Source of the DNA: Octopus bimaculoides
Taxonomy: Eukaryota
DNA: 51,536 nucleotides
Direction: 5' to 3'
NCBI RefSeq assembly: GCF_001194135.2
Contig: NC_068983.1
Location: 90,290,160 to 90,341,695, forward strand
The notes under the pieces are model-generated. The model searched no databases. It worked only from the letters and a program-made list of their open reading frames with translations, and was not told the DNA's origin. Position 1 is the stretch's first letter; each line of letters opens with the position of its first letter. A program made the position numbers and the translations under genes. Shown here piece by piece: positions 12,835 through 23,377 of the stretch.

Positions 12835-12985
12835 TAGTTGAGCAGAGAACTGGAAGAATTGTTTGAGCATCGGACAAAATTCTTAGCAGTATTTAGTTAT
12901 GGCTCTTTACATTCTGTTTAACTCTCACTGATGTCAACTTTGTCTTTTATTCCTCTGGGATCAATAAAATAAAGATTAGTCAATG
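12835..12985 (+). mobile_element. SINE family B, degenerate
   Basis: Similar to the reverse complement of 46064-46278 (gtcaactttgtctttt.ttcct.tggg.tcaataaaataa). Confidence 0.5.
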
Positions 12986-13999
12986 GCATCAACTAACCCA
13001 CTGAATTAAGAAAGCTGTTCTGGAAATGTAAGAGCCTGTTTGCCAATGACATAGTTGTTATTGTAGAGTTGACACATCAATACTTTAAAGCAAATAAGTT
13101 TCAAAGTCTTTGAAATTGTTGCATATGGAAATGTGTACCCTTGTAGTGGAGTGATCTCTGCAGTTTCTGACATTGGTTTATTTTCAGGGTTCCAAATCAA
13201 AGATTAGGATAGATATAAATAATTTATTTTTAAAATTCTAGACTCACCTCCAGATGTACTTTAAGAATAAGTAGAGTTTTCTATGGTTTTGATGTTTCTG
13301 TGATGAGTTATTGAGATAGAAAAATCGAAAAATATTCAATATTTTCTAGATTTTTCATTTTCTTGCATTTTTAAGCCCTTCACTCCCATGAATGATGAAT
13401 GGGTTATGGCATACTATCTGGCCTACTATCAGAGTGGAGTAAATGGAGTGCTTTAAATGTATGGTCATGGAGTGAGAACTACTTTAACTTTGAATTTTTT
13501 GAAAATTGCCCCTGAGAGCTTAAAACAATTTGTTCTGATTTTCAAACATTTCAGGACACAGGTAAGAAAGGCAACCTTATCAAGGCTTGTAAAAGTCCCA
13601 ATTTCAAAATGCAAGCCTCCAAAATAGGAATAAACTCAAAAAGTAAAAATTTTTAAAAATTCCCTAAAACTTTAAGTGGCCATAAAATAAGAACAATTAA
13701 TGCTATCTGGCTGTAATTTTCAGAATTTACTGCTCATATAAAAACAAACAAATAATGAAAATCTGGAAAAAATGTGAAGACTTTTAGGATGGACCTTGGA
13801 TGAAATTGGCTAGAATGACGCATGAATAAACATGAAGAGGCTTCTTTATTGGTTTGGGATTCAATGCTAACAGTAAATCCTCCTCTTATATGAAATAGAA
13901 TGGATTAAAATATGAAAGCTGGTAATGATGTAACTTAGTAGCATTTTCTTTCTTTTAATAGTATGTTACTCTGATTCTACACACTTGATTTTTCACTAG

Positions 14000-14164
14000 G
14001 TTTGCTGGTTTTGGAATCAACTATGTGAGATGGACCAGTTATGGCTGCCTAAGTGTGTACGCTTTGGGTGGTATTTACCTCAGTTACCAAGTCCATTTGA
14101 ATGTTCTTCATGGAAAAGACTTTATGTTGATAAAATCCAGAGTCTAAGATTATTCCATACAAAA
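14000..14164 (+). CDS. FBXO16: Internal coding exon of F-box only protein 16-like gene (end of F-box and downstream conserved block)
   Basis: Acceptor ttttcactAG (13998-13999) and donor GTATGT (14165). 165 nt, phase 0-0, stop-free: VCWFWNQLCEMDQLWLPKCVRFGWYLPQLPSPFECSSWKRLYVDKIQSLRLFHTK. Resembles the FBXO16/ECT2L block (recalled as VCWHWKNLAELDQLWMLKCLRFNWY...SPTPFEQGIWKKHY). Confidence 0.88.
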
Positions 14165-14339
14165 GTATGTCTTTTTATATCTGTTTTTATTTGAAGTAGT
14201 TTCTTTTGTTGTTCTTGGGGAGCTAGGGTTGACTTTGCTTCTCATCATTCTGAGGTCAATTAAAAAAGCATCAATCAGGAACTGAGTTAATTTACTTGAC
14301 TTATACCATTCACTAAAAATTTGTAGCTTAAGTTAGAAA

Positions 14340-14875
14340 TTTGGAATATCATGGGAACCTGTGGAAGTAGTAGACCCAGAATGATGTGGGATGAAGTGGT
14401 GAGAAAGGATTTTGAGATGCTGAAGAGATGACAAAGATTTTCAGATGCTGAAGAGATGACAAGGGACTGGAACTTGTAACAATTTGCTGTACTTGAGAAG
14501 ACATGCCGAGCTAAGTGAAATCATGGCCATCCTACATACAGGTATGTCCTTTATGGCCATGCCCCCGCTCCTCCCAGCTGAGAGATCTTTGTCTTGCAGG
14601 TGCTAATGTGACATAAAATATATTCGTGCCAGTATCACATAAGGTGCATTTGTGTTGGTATCACGTAAAATGCACTCATGTCAGTGCTACTTAAACACGC
14701 CCATGATGGTAGCACCTAAAAGAGCAACTGTAAAGTGGTTAGCATTAGGAAATGCATCCAGTCATAGAAACCATGCCAATACAGACAATTGGAGCCTGGA
14801 CAGCTCTCCAGTTGACCAGCTTGTGTCAAACCATCTAACCCCTGCCAGCATGGAAATTTGGAGATAAAATACTGC
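14340..14875 (+). mobile_element. Old RTE 3' remnant inside the 880-nt intron between the two exons
   Basis: GTCGSSRPRMMWDEVVRKD-like translation, then a degenerate 3' UTR (gtggttagcattaggaaatgcatccag...tgccagcatggaaa). Confidence 0.7.
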
Positions 14876-15044
14876 CAAAAACATACTGGAATCATGCCAA
14901 TCAATTGAGTTCCTTCTCTACAGTTGTATGACTGTAAGAAATCAATAATTACTTTGACGGAAATTTTATATGAAAAATATTTTCATTACTCTGCAAATGG
15001 TTTTATTTTATTTTATTTTATTTTATTTGTTTCTTACCTTTTAG

Positions 15045-15226
15045 GAACTTGTAACTCTTGACCAAGAATTAGAAAAATTTAACTTGGAGAAAAAACAAAA
15101 AGAATTACTCAAAACAAAAAAGTCACTTGCCAAAAATGGGCAAAAGCCATGGAAAAGAGCAGATCTACATCCCAAGGATCTGATTCGTTATAACTACTTG
15201 GAAAATAATGAATTTTATACTGAAGG
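15045..15226 (+). CDS. FBXO16: Next coding exon of the FBXO16-like gene
   Basis: Polypyrimidine tract ttcttaccttttAG and donor GTGAGT at 15227. 182 nt, starts phase 0 (compatible with previous exon), ends phase 2: ELVTLDQELEKFNLEKKQKELLKTKKSLAKNGQKPWKRADLHPKDLIRYNYLENNEFYTEG. PWKRADLHPKDLIRYNYLEN matches the FBXO16 motif recalled as PWRSSDKHPTDIIRFNYLDN, favouring FBXO16 over ECT2L. Confidence 0.85.
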
Positions 15227-15283
15227 GTGAGTGTTAAATATTGCTAAATAGTTATTGAGTTAAAATTGATTAAAGATACTGAA

Positions 15284-15309
15284 TAATAATAATGATGCTG
15301 CTGCTGCTG

Positions 15310-15351
<42 letters not shown>
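15284..15351. repeat. (AAT)n microsatellite with a GCT/GAT insert
   Basis: Directly visible. Confidence 0.9.
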
Positions 15352-15932
15352 GTTTTCAGCTAGCAATAACCACGCCTCGGATTTACCTCATTGGCCATGG
15401 TACCGCCTCTGTGCAAAGCTGATAATGATAATATTAATAATGATAATATTAATAATATTATAAAAGAGGAGCTGATGTCCATCTGCCTGTCTGCCACATC
15501 TATTAGAGGGAGGAAAGAAGGGCAGGAATCAAAAGGGAAGATAACCACTCTCACAATGTATATTTAGANNNNNNNNNNNNNNNNNNNNNNNNNNNNNNNN
15601 NNNNNNNNNNNNNNNNNNNNNNNNNNNNNNNNNNNNNNNNNNNNNNNNNNNNNNNNNNNNNNNNNNNNNNNNNNNNNNNNNNNNNNNNNNNNNNNNNNNN
15701 NNNNNNNNNNNNNNNNNNNNNNNNNNNNNNNNNNNNNNNNNNNNNNNNNNNNNNNNNNNNNNNNNNNNNNNNNNNNNNNNNNNNNNNNNNNNNNNNNNNN
15801 NNNNNNNNNNNNNNNNNNNNNNNNNNNNNNNNNNNNNNNNNNNNNNNNNNNNNNNNNNNNNNNNNNNNNNNNNNNNNNNNNNNNNNNNNNNNNNNNNNNN
15901 NNNNNNNNNNNNNNNNNNNNNNNNNNNNNNNN

Positions 15933-15962
<30 letters not shown>

Positions 15963-15963
<1 letters not shown>

Positions 15964-16855
15964 TGTGTAATGTCAGTGTGCATACTAGACAGAGTGTAAG
16001 TACCTTGAGAGAAAAGTTGAACCTAAGAAGCATCAGCTGTGGTGTGCAAAAGAGACAATCGCACTGGTATGGTCATGTTGCGAGAATGGATGAGGATAGC
16101 TGTGTGAAAAAGTGCCACACCTTAGCAGTTGAGGGAACATGTGGAAGAGGTAGGCCCAAGAAAACCTGGGATGAGGTGGTGAGGCACGACCTTCGAACAT
16201 TGGGCCTCACCGAGGCGATGACTTCTGATCAAGACCTTTGGAAATATGCTGTGCGTGAGAAGACCCAGCAAGCCACGTGAGACCATAATTCAAGGCCTCT
16301 GCCAGGGGTGTAGCCAGCCCACTTATGCGTACCTTTCCTTCATTGGACACTAAACTCTGCTTGCGAAGACCTGTTGAGGCAAGTGAAATCGAAATCGAAC
16401 TAAATTCGATGACTGGCACCCATGCCAATGTCATCTCCTTCACTGGATACTAAACTCGGCTTGCAAAGACCTGTTGGGGTAAGCGAAAGCGAAATTGTGA
16501 TGGCACTTGTGCCCAGCGTCGCCTTACTGGCACTTGTGCCGGTGGCATGTGTAAAGACATTTGCGTGAGATCATTGCCAGTGCCGTGGACTGGCTCCTGT
16601 GCAGGTGACACGTAAAATACACCATTCTGAGCGTGGCCGTTGCCAGTACCGCCTGACTGGCCCTCGTGCCAGTGGCACGTAAAAGTACCCACTACACTCT
16701 CAGAGTGGTTGGCGTTAGAAAGGGCATCCAGCTGTAGAAACTCTGCCAAATCAGATTGGAGCCTGGTGTAGCCATCTGGTTCACCAGTCCTCAGTCAAAT
16801 CGTCCAACCCATGCTAGCATGGAAAGCGGATGTTAAACGATGATGATGATGATGA
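15963..16855 (+). mobile_element. RTE LINE 3' end (5' part lost in N gap)
   Basis: MCNVSVHTRQSVSTLREKL...WYGHVARMDEDSCVKKC...GRGRPKKTW, then the full 3' UTR and (GAT)n at ~16839-16855. Confidence 0.93.
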
Positions 16856-16865
16856 AATATATATA

Positions 16866-17229
16866 TAGGCATAGGAGTGGCTGTGTGGTAAGTAGCTAGC
16901 TNNNNNNNNNNNNNNNNNNNNNNNNNNNNNNNNNNNNNNNNNNNNNNNNNNNNNNNNNNNNNNNNNNNNNNNNNNNNNNNNNNNNNNNNNNNNNNNNNNN
17001 NNNNNNNNNNNNNNNNNNNNNNNNNNNNNNNNNNNNNNNNNNNNNNNNNNNNNNNNNNNNNNNNNNNNNNNNNNNNNNNNNNNNNNNNNNNNNNNNNNNN
17101 NNNNNNNNNNNNNNNNNNNNNNNNNNNNNNNNNNNNNNNNNNNNNNNNNNNNNNNNNNNNNNNNNNNNNNCCAAAGCCTTGTGAGTGGATTTGGTAGATG
17201 GAAACTGAAAGAAGCCCATCGTATATATG

Positions 17230-17260
<31 letters not shown>

Positions 17261-17457
17261 TTGTCCCCCCAACATCGCTTGACAACCGATGCTGGTGTGT
17301 TTATGTCCCCGTAACTTGGCAGTTCAGCAAAAGAGATCGATAGAATAAGTACTAGGCTTCTAAAGAATAAGTCCTGGGGTCGATTTGCTCGACTAAAGGC
17401 GGTGCTCCAGCATGGCCTCAGTCAAATGACTGAAACAAGTAAAAGAGTAAAAAGAGT
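16866..17457 (+). mobile_element. SINE family A (middle in N gap)
   Basis: Head ggcataggagtggctgtgtggtaagtagc; 3' part ...gaataagtcctggggtcgatttgctcgactaaaggcggtgctccagcatgg...tgactgaaacaagtaaaagag. Confidence 0.85.
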
Positions 17458-17464
17458 ATATATA

Positions 17465-17625
17465 TAACAGGCTTCTTTCAGTTTCCATGTACCAGATCCA
17501 CTCACAAGGCTTTGGTTGACCTGAGGTTTATAGTAGAAGATACTAGCCCAAGGTACCATGCAGTGGGACTGAACTCAGGACCATGTGGTTGGGAAGCAAG
17601 CTTCTTATCACAGCCATGCCTGAAC
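17465..17625 (-). mobile_element. SINE family A, 5' part
   Basis: caggcttctttcagtttcc...atccactcacaaggc...gggactgaactc...ccatgtggttgggaagcaagc. Confidence 0.8.
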
Positions 17626-17678
17626 CTGTATGTATGTATATATATATATATATATATAATACATATGTAATTTTTTTG

Positions 17679-18381
17679 AGCAGAATGAGCTACTCAACTT
17701 GAAGAGAATTCTGACTAGGCCCCACCTCCAAGGTCATGTGTTGTTTACCTTGATATGAGATCACCATGTCACGCACATATGGTTTTGATGCATGTGCCTT
17801 GTGTACTCTTATCAGAAGGGTAGTCATGGTGGGTATATTGGGCTCCTTACCCCAGTGTCACTTTGATGGTATGCACTTCTCTCTCACTCAATAATAATAA
17901 TGATAATAATAAATGCCTTGATGCAGTACCAGACACAGGCTCTCATGGATTTTGATCTTAACTAATTGGCAGTGTGATCATGTACATTGTTTTGTCTTGG
18001 GCTACAGCAAATATTCTGCTCACTGCTACAGATTTGTTTGACCTTAACCAGTAGAGTGTGTCCCTTAGTGGCTGACGATATGTGCATCTCTGATCATAAG
18101 CAGAAGTAGTGGGGGAACATCATAGTCATGTGTTGAGAAGAATTCTTTGGAGTTTGAATAATTCACTTCTGGAAACATAGGTGTTTTGTTCATCATACTT
18201 AAATGAATCAAGGTCATGTACTGTTTATCTTGATGTAAGATTGCCATGTCGTGCACATGTAGTTGTTATGCATGTGCCTGGTGTACACTTATCAGACAGA
18301 TAGTCATGATGGGTGTATTGGGCTCTGTATATTTGTACCCCAGTGTCACCTTGATGGCATGCACTGCTTTCTTACTCAGTG

Positions 18382-18417
<36 letters not shown>

Positions 18418-18885
18418 TCCGTGTTTTGTTTTGGTATAAATGATGGGCTATAGCAAATATTCTGCTCAAACTGCAGATTTGCTTGTTAGTTGCTTGACCT
18501 TAACTGGTTGACCATGTCCCTTAGTGGTTGACGATATTTGCATCTCTGATCATGAGCGGGAGTAGTGGGGGAGCATCATAGCCATATGTTGTGAGGAATT
18601 CTTTGTGGCTTGAATAATTCACTTCTGGAAACATGAGAGCTTCATTTATCATCCTCAAACAACCCTTATTCAGGGACTTTTTGACTGGGCTCAGCTACTT
18701 GATCTGAAGAAAATCCTAACTGGGCCCCATTTGCAAAGTCATGCATTGTTTATCTTGATATGAAGTCAGCATGTCACACACATATGGCTATGATGTATGT
18801 GCCTGGTGTGTCCTTATCAGACAGGTAGTCATGATAGGTATATTGGGCTTCATATATTTGTACCCCAGTGTCACTTTGATGATAT
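17679..18885. mobile_element. Three stacked copies of an unclassified ~550-bp interspersed repeat separated by (AAT)n
   Basis: Units at ~17679-17889 (partial), 17914-18377 and 18417-18885 share gtcccttagtggctgacgatatgtgcatctctgatc, ...ccccagtgtcactttgatg...ctcactc. The same unit occurs at 28752-29305. Confidence 0.85.
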
Positions 18886-18949
18886 AAGCTACTCTACTTG
18901 TAAAGCATAATGATAAAGTGGAGTGACTGCATGAAATCCAAAATAGGTT

Positions 18950-20200
18950 AAGAAATACATAAGGCCAAGACAACATAAAAATAACTACAGGAATGATAAA
19001 AAGACAGTTAAGGAAAATCCCAAATTGGAAGAGCTCAGAACTAGATGGTGTCTAAGGTTATTGGATGAAGAAGCTGGGAGGGCTACCTGAAAGGACAGTG
19101 TGACAGCTGGATGAAGGAAAAGACATTGTTATGTTCCAAGGATCCTGGAAAGGGTAATATTGTACCCAACTTTCAACCAATAGTGTGTCTTCTGCTAATT
19201 TGAAAACTATTATCAGGTGTCTTGGCTGGTGAACTGTATTGATACTTAGAAAGAAATAGGCTGCTACTTATTGACCAGAAATAGTGCTGAAAGAGGAGCC
19301 AGGGAATAAAAGAATCAGCTGTTAATTCATAATCTAATTATCAGAAACTGCAAGAGAAGACACATGATATGATACCACACTCTTGGATAACAAGAACTAT
19401 GGAAATGTATGGAGTAGCAAAAAACATGAAATGCCTTATATGGAACAGTATGAAATGTTGGAGAACTGAATTGGCAGCAGGTAATCACATTTTAGGAGAG
19501 GTGAAAATCAAGAGAGGAATCTTCCAGGGTGACAGTGTATGCCCACTGATCTTTGTGCTGAGAATGATCCCCTTGAGTGAAATACTGCAGAAGACAAAGT
19601 TGAGGGTATGATCTGGGAAGCAGTAAGGGAAAACTCAACCACCTGCTATTCATAGATAACAAAGTTGTTCACAAAAAATGAGGCAGAACTGGACAGTTAT
19701 ATCCATTCTGTGTGGATTTTCTTGAACTATATCAAGATAGAGATTGGACTATCAAAATGTGCTATGATAGTGATGAGACAACAAAAGCCTGTCAGGATAG
19801 ATGGCATATGTATGCCACGTGATGAAAGGATGAGAGCAATTGAATCTGAATCTGGATATAAATACCTAGGAATACTTGAGGCAGATGGAATTAAACACAA
19901 TGATATGGAAGAAAAGACAAAGAAAGAGTACCTGCAGCAAGTAAGAAAAATATCAGTTTCAAAGCTGAATGCCAGAAACATTTCAGCAATAAACTTGCAC
20001 ACAATTGCAATAGTTAGGTATGGTGTTGGAATCCTGAAGTGGACAGAGGATGACCTAGAAGAGTTGGACAGGAAGCTAACAATGCATGAAGCCATGGAGC
20101 CCCTCATCCATGTGCAGACACTGATTGCCTATACATGAAGAGAGAAAATGGAGGAGGGGAACTGATAAGTGTGGAAGACTGCATTCATATTGAACTTGGG
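18950..20200 (+). mobile_element. R4/Dong-clade non-LTR retrotransposon RT fragment
   Basis: IPNWKS, RGIFQGDSVCPLIF, NHLLF, YKYLGILEAD, LNARN..AINL..IAIVRYGVGILKW; frameshifted. Confidence 0.85.
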
Positions 20201-20216
20201 TACTTACTGAGACACC

Positions 20217-21270
20217 TGTAAGGGACGACCGTGCGAACTCATAAAAGGAGAAATGGTGACGAATGGAAAAACAGAGGACTCCTTTTATTTAAACGCGTCA
20301 CACGGTCGAACACACAATAATATATCGAAGATGATATACTAATATGTTATGCGACGATAACATAGATGACCAGTAATGAAAGACCACAACCGTATAAGAT
20401 GAATAACAGAGATATTTATTGTAGCGTTAAAGATGTATGTCTGTGTGAGAGTGTGAATGCGACATATAATAACATAATCAAAGACAGGCCGTCGTACAAA
20501 GAAAAGTGTGTATGTGAGTGATACATGTGTGTATGANNNNNNNNNNNNNNNNNNNNNNNNNNNNNNNNNNNNNNNNNNNNNNNNNNNNNNNNNNNNNNNN
20601 NNNNNNNNNNNNNNNNNNNNNNNNNNNNNNNNNNNNNNNNNNNNNNNNNNNNNNNNNNNNNNNNNNNNNNNNNNNNNNNNNNNNNNNNNNNNNNNNNNNN
20701 NNNNNNNNNNNNNNNNNNNNNNNNNNNNNNNNNNNNNNNNNNNNNNNNNNNNNNNNNNNNNNNNNNNNNNNNNNNNNNNNNNNNNNNNNNNNNNNNNNNN
20801 NNNNNNNNNNNNNNNNNNNNNNNNNNNNNNNNNNNNNNNNNNNNNNNNNNNNNNNNNNNNNNNNNNNNNNNNNNNNNNNNNNNNNNNNNNNNNNNNNNNN
20901 NNNNNNNNNNNNNNNNNNNNNNNNNNNNNNNNNNNNNNNNATTCTCAAAGAGAAACTGGACCGAGACAAATTTGTGGGGTATGAGTTGATCTATTTGTGG
21001 GGTATGAGTTGATCTATTTATAGCGTTAAGGGGGCTCCAAGACGGTGATAGAAAAACGCTATCACGTGACCTTATTAAGGGCTGTGATTGGTCAGTTTGC
21101 GTTCTGGCGGGAACGGTTCGAAGAAGTTGCCGATTCGAATATTAATCAGTCACGTGATGACAAGGAATGGGTTCTCTACTACGCTCGCATTTATTTATAT
21201 TTAAATGAGAAGATTGTATGTAATGGCGATAGTAGTTTTGTATCTAGTGACGATAGGTAGTTTCACTACA
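20217..21270 (-). mobile_element. Solo LTR (probably Gypsy/BEL-type) with 4-bp TSD
   Basis: Starts TGTAAG at 20217 and ends CACTACA at 21270, flanked by CACC (20213-20216 and 21271-21274). On the minus strand there is a TATAAA-like box (~21017-21022) and AATAAA (~20283-20288). GC-richer than flanks; middle is N gap. Confidence 0.75.
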
Positions 21271-21299
21271 CACCTATCCCAAAGTAAGGAAACCTTGCT

Positions 21300-22880
21300 A
21301 GTGTTAGTTAGAAATGAATGTGTATTGAGTTGAAAGAAATGATGAATAAAAAAGAAAAAAATTACCAGCATTAATAAAAGGAAGTCACTAGTTATTACTA
21401 GGAAAGTAGGTTCTGTAACTGTAGGATAGACACTAAAAATATAAGTCACACTAACTTATTGATTTATGAAGGATGGATAGTAGTTACAAGCAGATTAGGT
21501 GTACCTCAAATAAAGAATAAGAAGGAGCAGATGTGGAAATGGAGATTAGGAAATACAGTGCAGACTTTAAGAGAAGATATGAGCAGAATAGAAGCCTGAA
21601 AACAGGACAAGCTAGGAAACACAAGATTTAAATCTTCTCTTGAGAAAAATACTTATCCAAAGAGAAAGGATTTGGGATAATCATGGAAGAACTGAAACAG
21701 TGTATCAAAGAAATAGCAGGCAAGCTTTCTCAGCATCAGAAAAGAATAGATCAGTATCAACAGAATAAATTATTTGAGACAGACCAGAGGGGATTTTATA
21801 GCCAAATAAATAAGGCAGAAGAAATACTGAAGATGAGAAGCCTAATGCAGAAGAAGCAAGAAAGTTCTGGAGTGATATTTGGGATAAGCCAGTCAATCAT
21901 AATGGAGATGCAGTATAATTAAAAAAAGCAAGGAAAGAAGTAGTCAGTGAGAAGTAGCCAGATCTAAGACTAATTAGTGCATTAATGAATAAAGTATAAA
22001 GAAAAATGTTGAATTGGAAGGACCTAGGATTAGATTTAGTTCAAGGGTACTAGTAGCATATGAGAAATTTAGTAGCTTATATGGGAAGCTGAGGGAACAA
22101 CATCAGGATTGCCTTAATGGAGGAATAATGCCAGATTGGATGACTAGAGAGAGAACAGTACTCCTTATGAAAGTCAATAGCAAAGGTAATACAGCTAGTA
22201 ATTATAGACCAATCACTTGCTTACCATTAGTGTGGAAGCTGTTAACAGAAATGCTCTCAGAAAGCATTTATGAGCATCTTGACAGCCAGAATTTACTGCC
22301 AGAACAGAAAGGTTGTAAGAAGACAGCTAGAGGAAATATGATGTATTATACATAGACAAAGCAGTTCTAAAAGAAGTGAGATCTAGAAAGAAAAATTTAA
22401 TAAAAACATGGACAGATTATAAGAAAGCTTATGAATAAGTGAATGTTTTAGAATATTCAGTATTGCAGACAGCATAAGAGAATTGATTTGATAGAGCATG
22501 AAGAGATGGAAAGTAGATCTCTGCTCAGGTGATACAGCCTTAGAGAAAGTTAATATCAAGAGAGGAATTTTGAGGGGGAGTCATGATTCACTTTAATGTT
22601 TGTGTTATGTTTAATCCCCCCAGTTTAGTATTAAGAAAGGCAAAGTTTAGAGATAGTAAAGGAAAAATTGATCATTTGATCTACATGGATGATCTGAAGG
22701 CTTTTAGTAAGAATATAAAGTAGTTGGATTCCTTAATACAAACTGTAAGACTTTTCAACAGAGATACAGCTATGGAATTTGGCATAGATAAGTGTGCAAT
22801 ATTAGCCGTAAAAAAGAGATAGGTAGTCAGCAGTGAAGGCATCCAGTTACCAGATGGCCAGACATTAAAATCACTGAAAG
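21300..22880 (+). mobile_element. Second R4/Dong-clade element (N-terminal region + RT), decayed
   Basis: TNLLIYE..VVTSRLG, RIDQYQQNKLFETDQRGFYSQI, LNWKGP, SNYRPITCLPLVWKLLT, HLIYMDDLK, MEFGIDKCAIL. Confidence 0.85.
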
Positions 22881-22887
22881 AATCTAG

Positions 22888-23305
22888 GACCAAATCAGAT
22901 TGGAGCCTGGTGTAGCCATCTGGCTCATCAGTTCTCAGTCAAATCATCCAACCCATGCTAGCATGGAAAGCAGATGTTAAACGATGATGATGATGATGAT
23001 GACAGAGTACCATCGTCGTCGTCATCATCATCATCATCATCATCATAATCATCATTTAACGTCCGACTTCCATGCTGGCATGGGTGGGATGGTTTCACAA
23101 GAGCCGGCCAGACAGAAGCCTGCACCAGACTTCTGTAACTGTTTTGGCTGGATTTTTACAGTTGGATCATCATCACCATCATCATCGTTTAACGTCTGCT
23201 TTCCATGCTAGCATGGGTGGACGATTTGACTGAGGACTGGTGAAACTGGATGGCTACACCAGGCTCCAATCTGATTTGGCAGAGTTTCTACAGCTGGATG
23301 CCATG
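22888..23305. mobile_element. Cluster of three RTE 3' tails in opposing orientations
   Basis: + copy 22888-23001 ends (GAT)n; - copies at ~23025-23160 and ~23165-23305 each start with (CAT)n on the + strand. Confidence 0.85.
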
Positions 23306-23377
23306 ATGATGATGATGATATATATATATATATATGAGTGTGTATGTATATGTAGACTCACACACAAGGGTTAGTAC

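Noticed and set aside
13230-13810. Possible MITE upstream of the first exon
   Set aside because: Transposon-like composition, but I could not identify matching TIRs or a TSD.
18064-18120. CUGACGA...GAAG in the 550-bp (AAT)n-flanked repeat
   Set aside because: GAAG rather than GAAA in all copies, and stems I and III cannot be formed.
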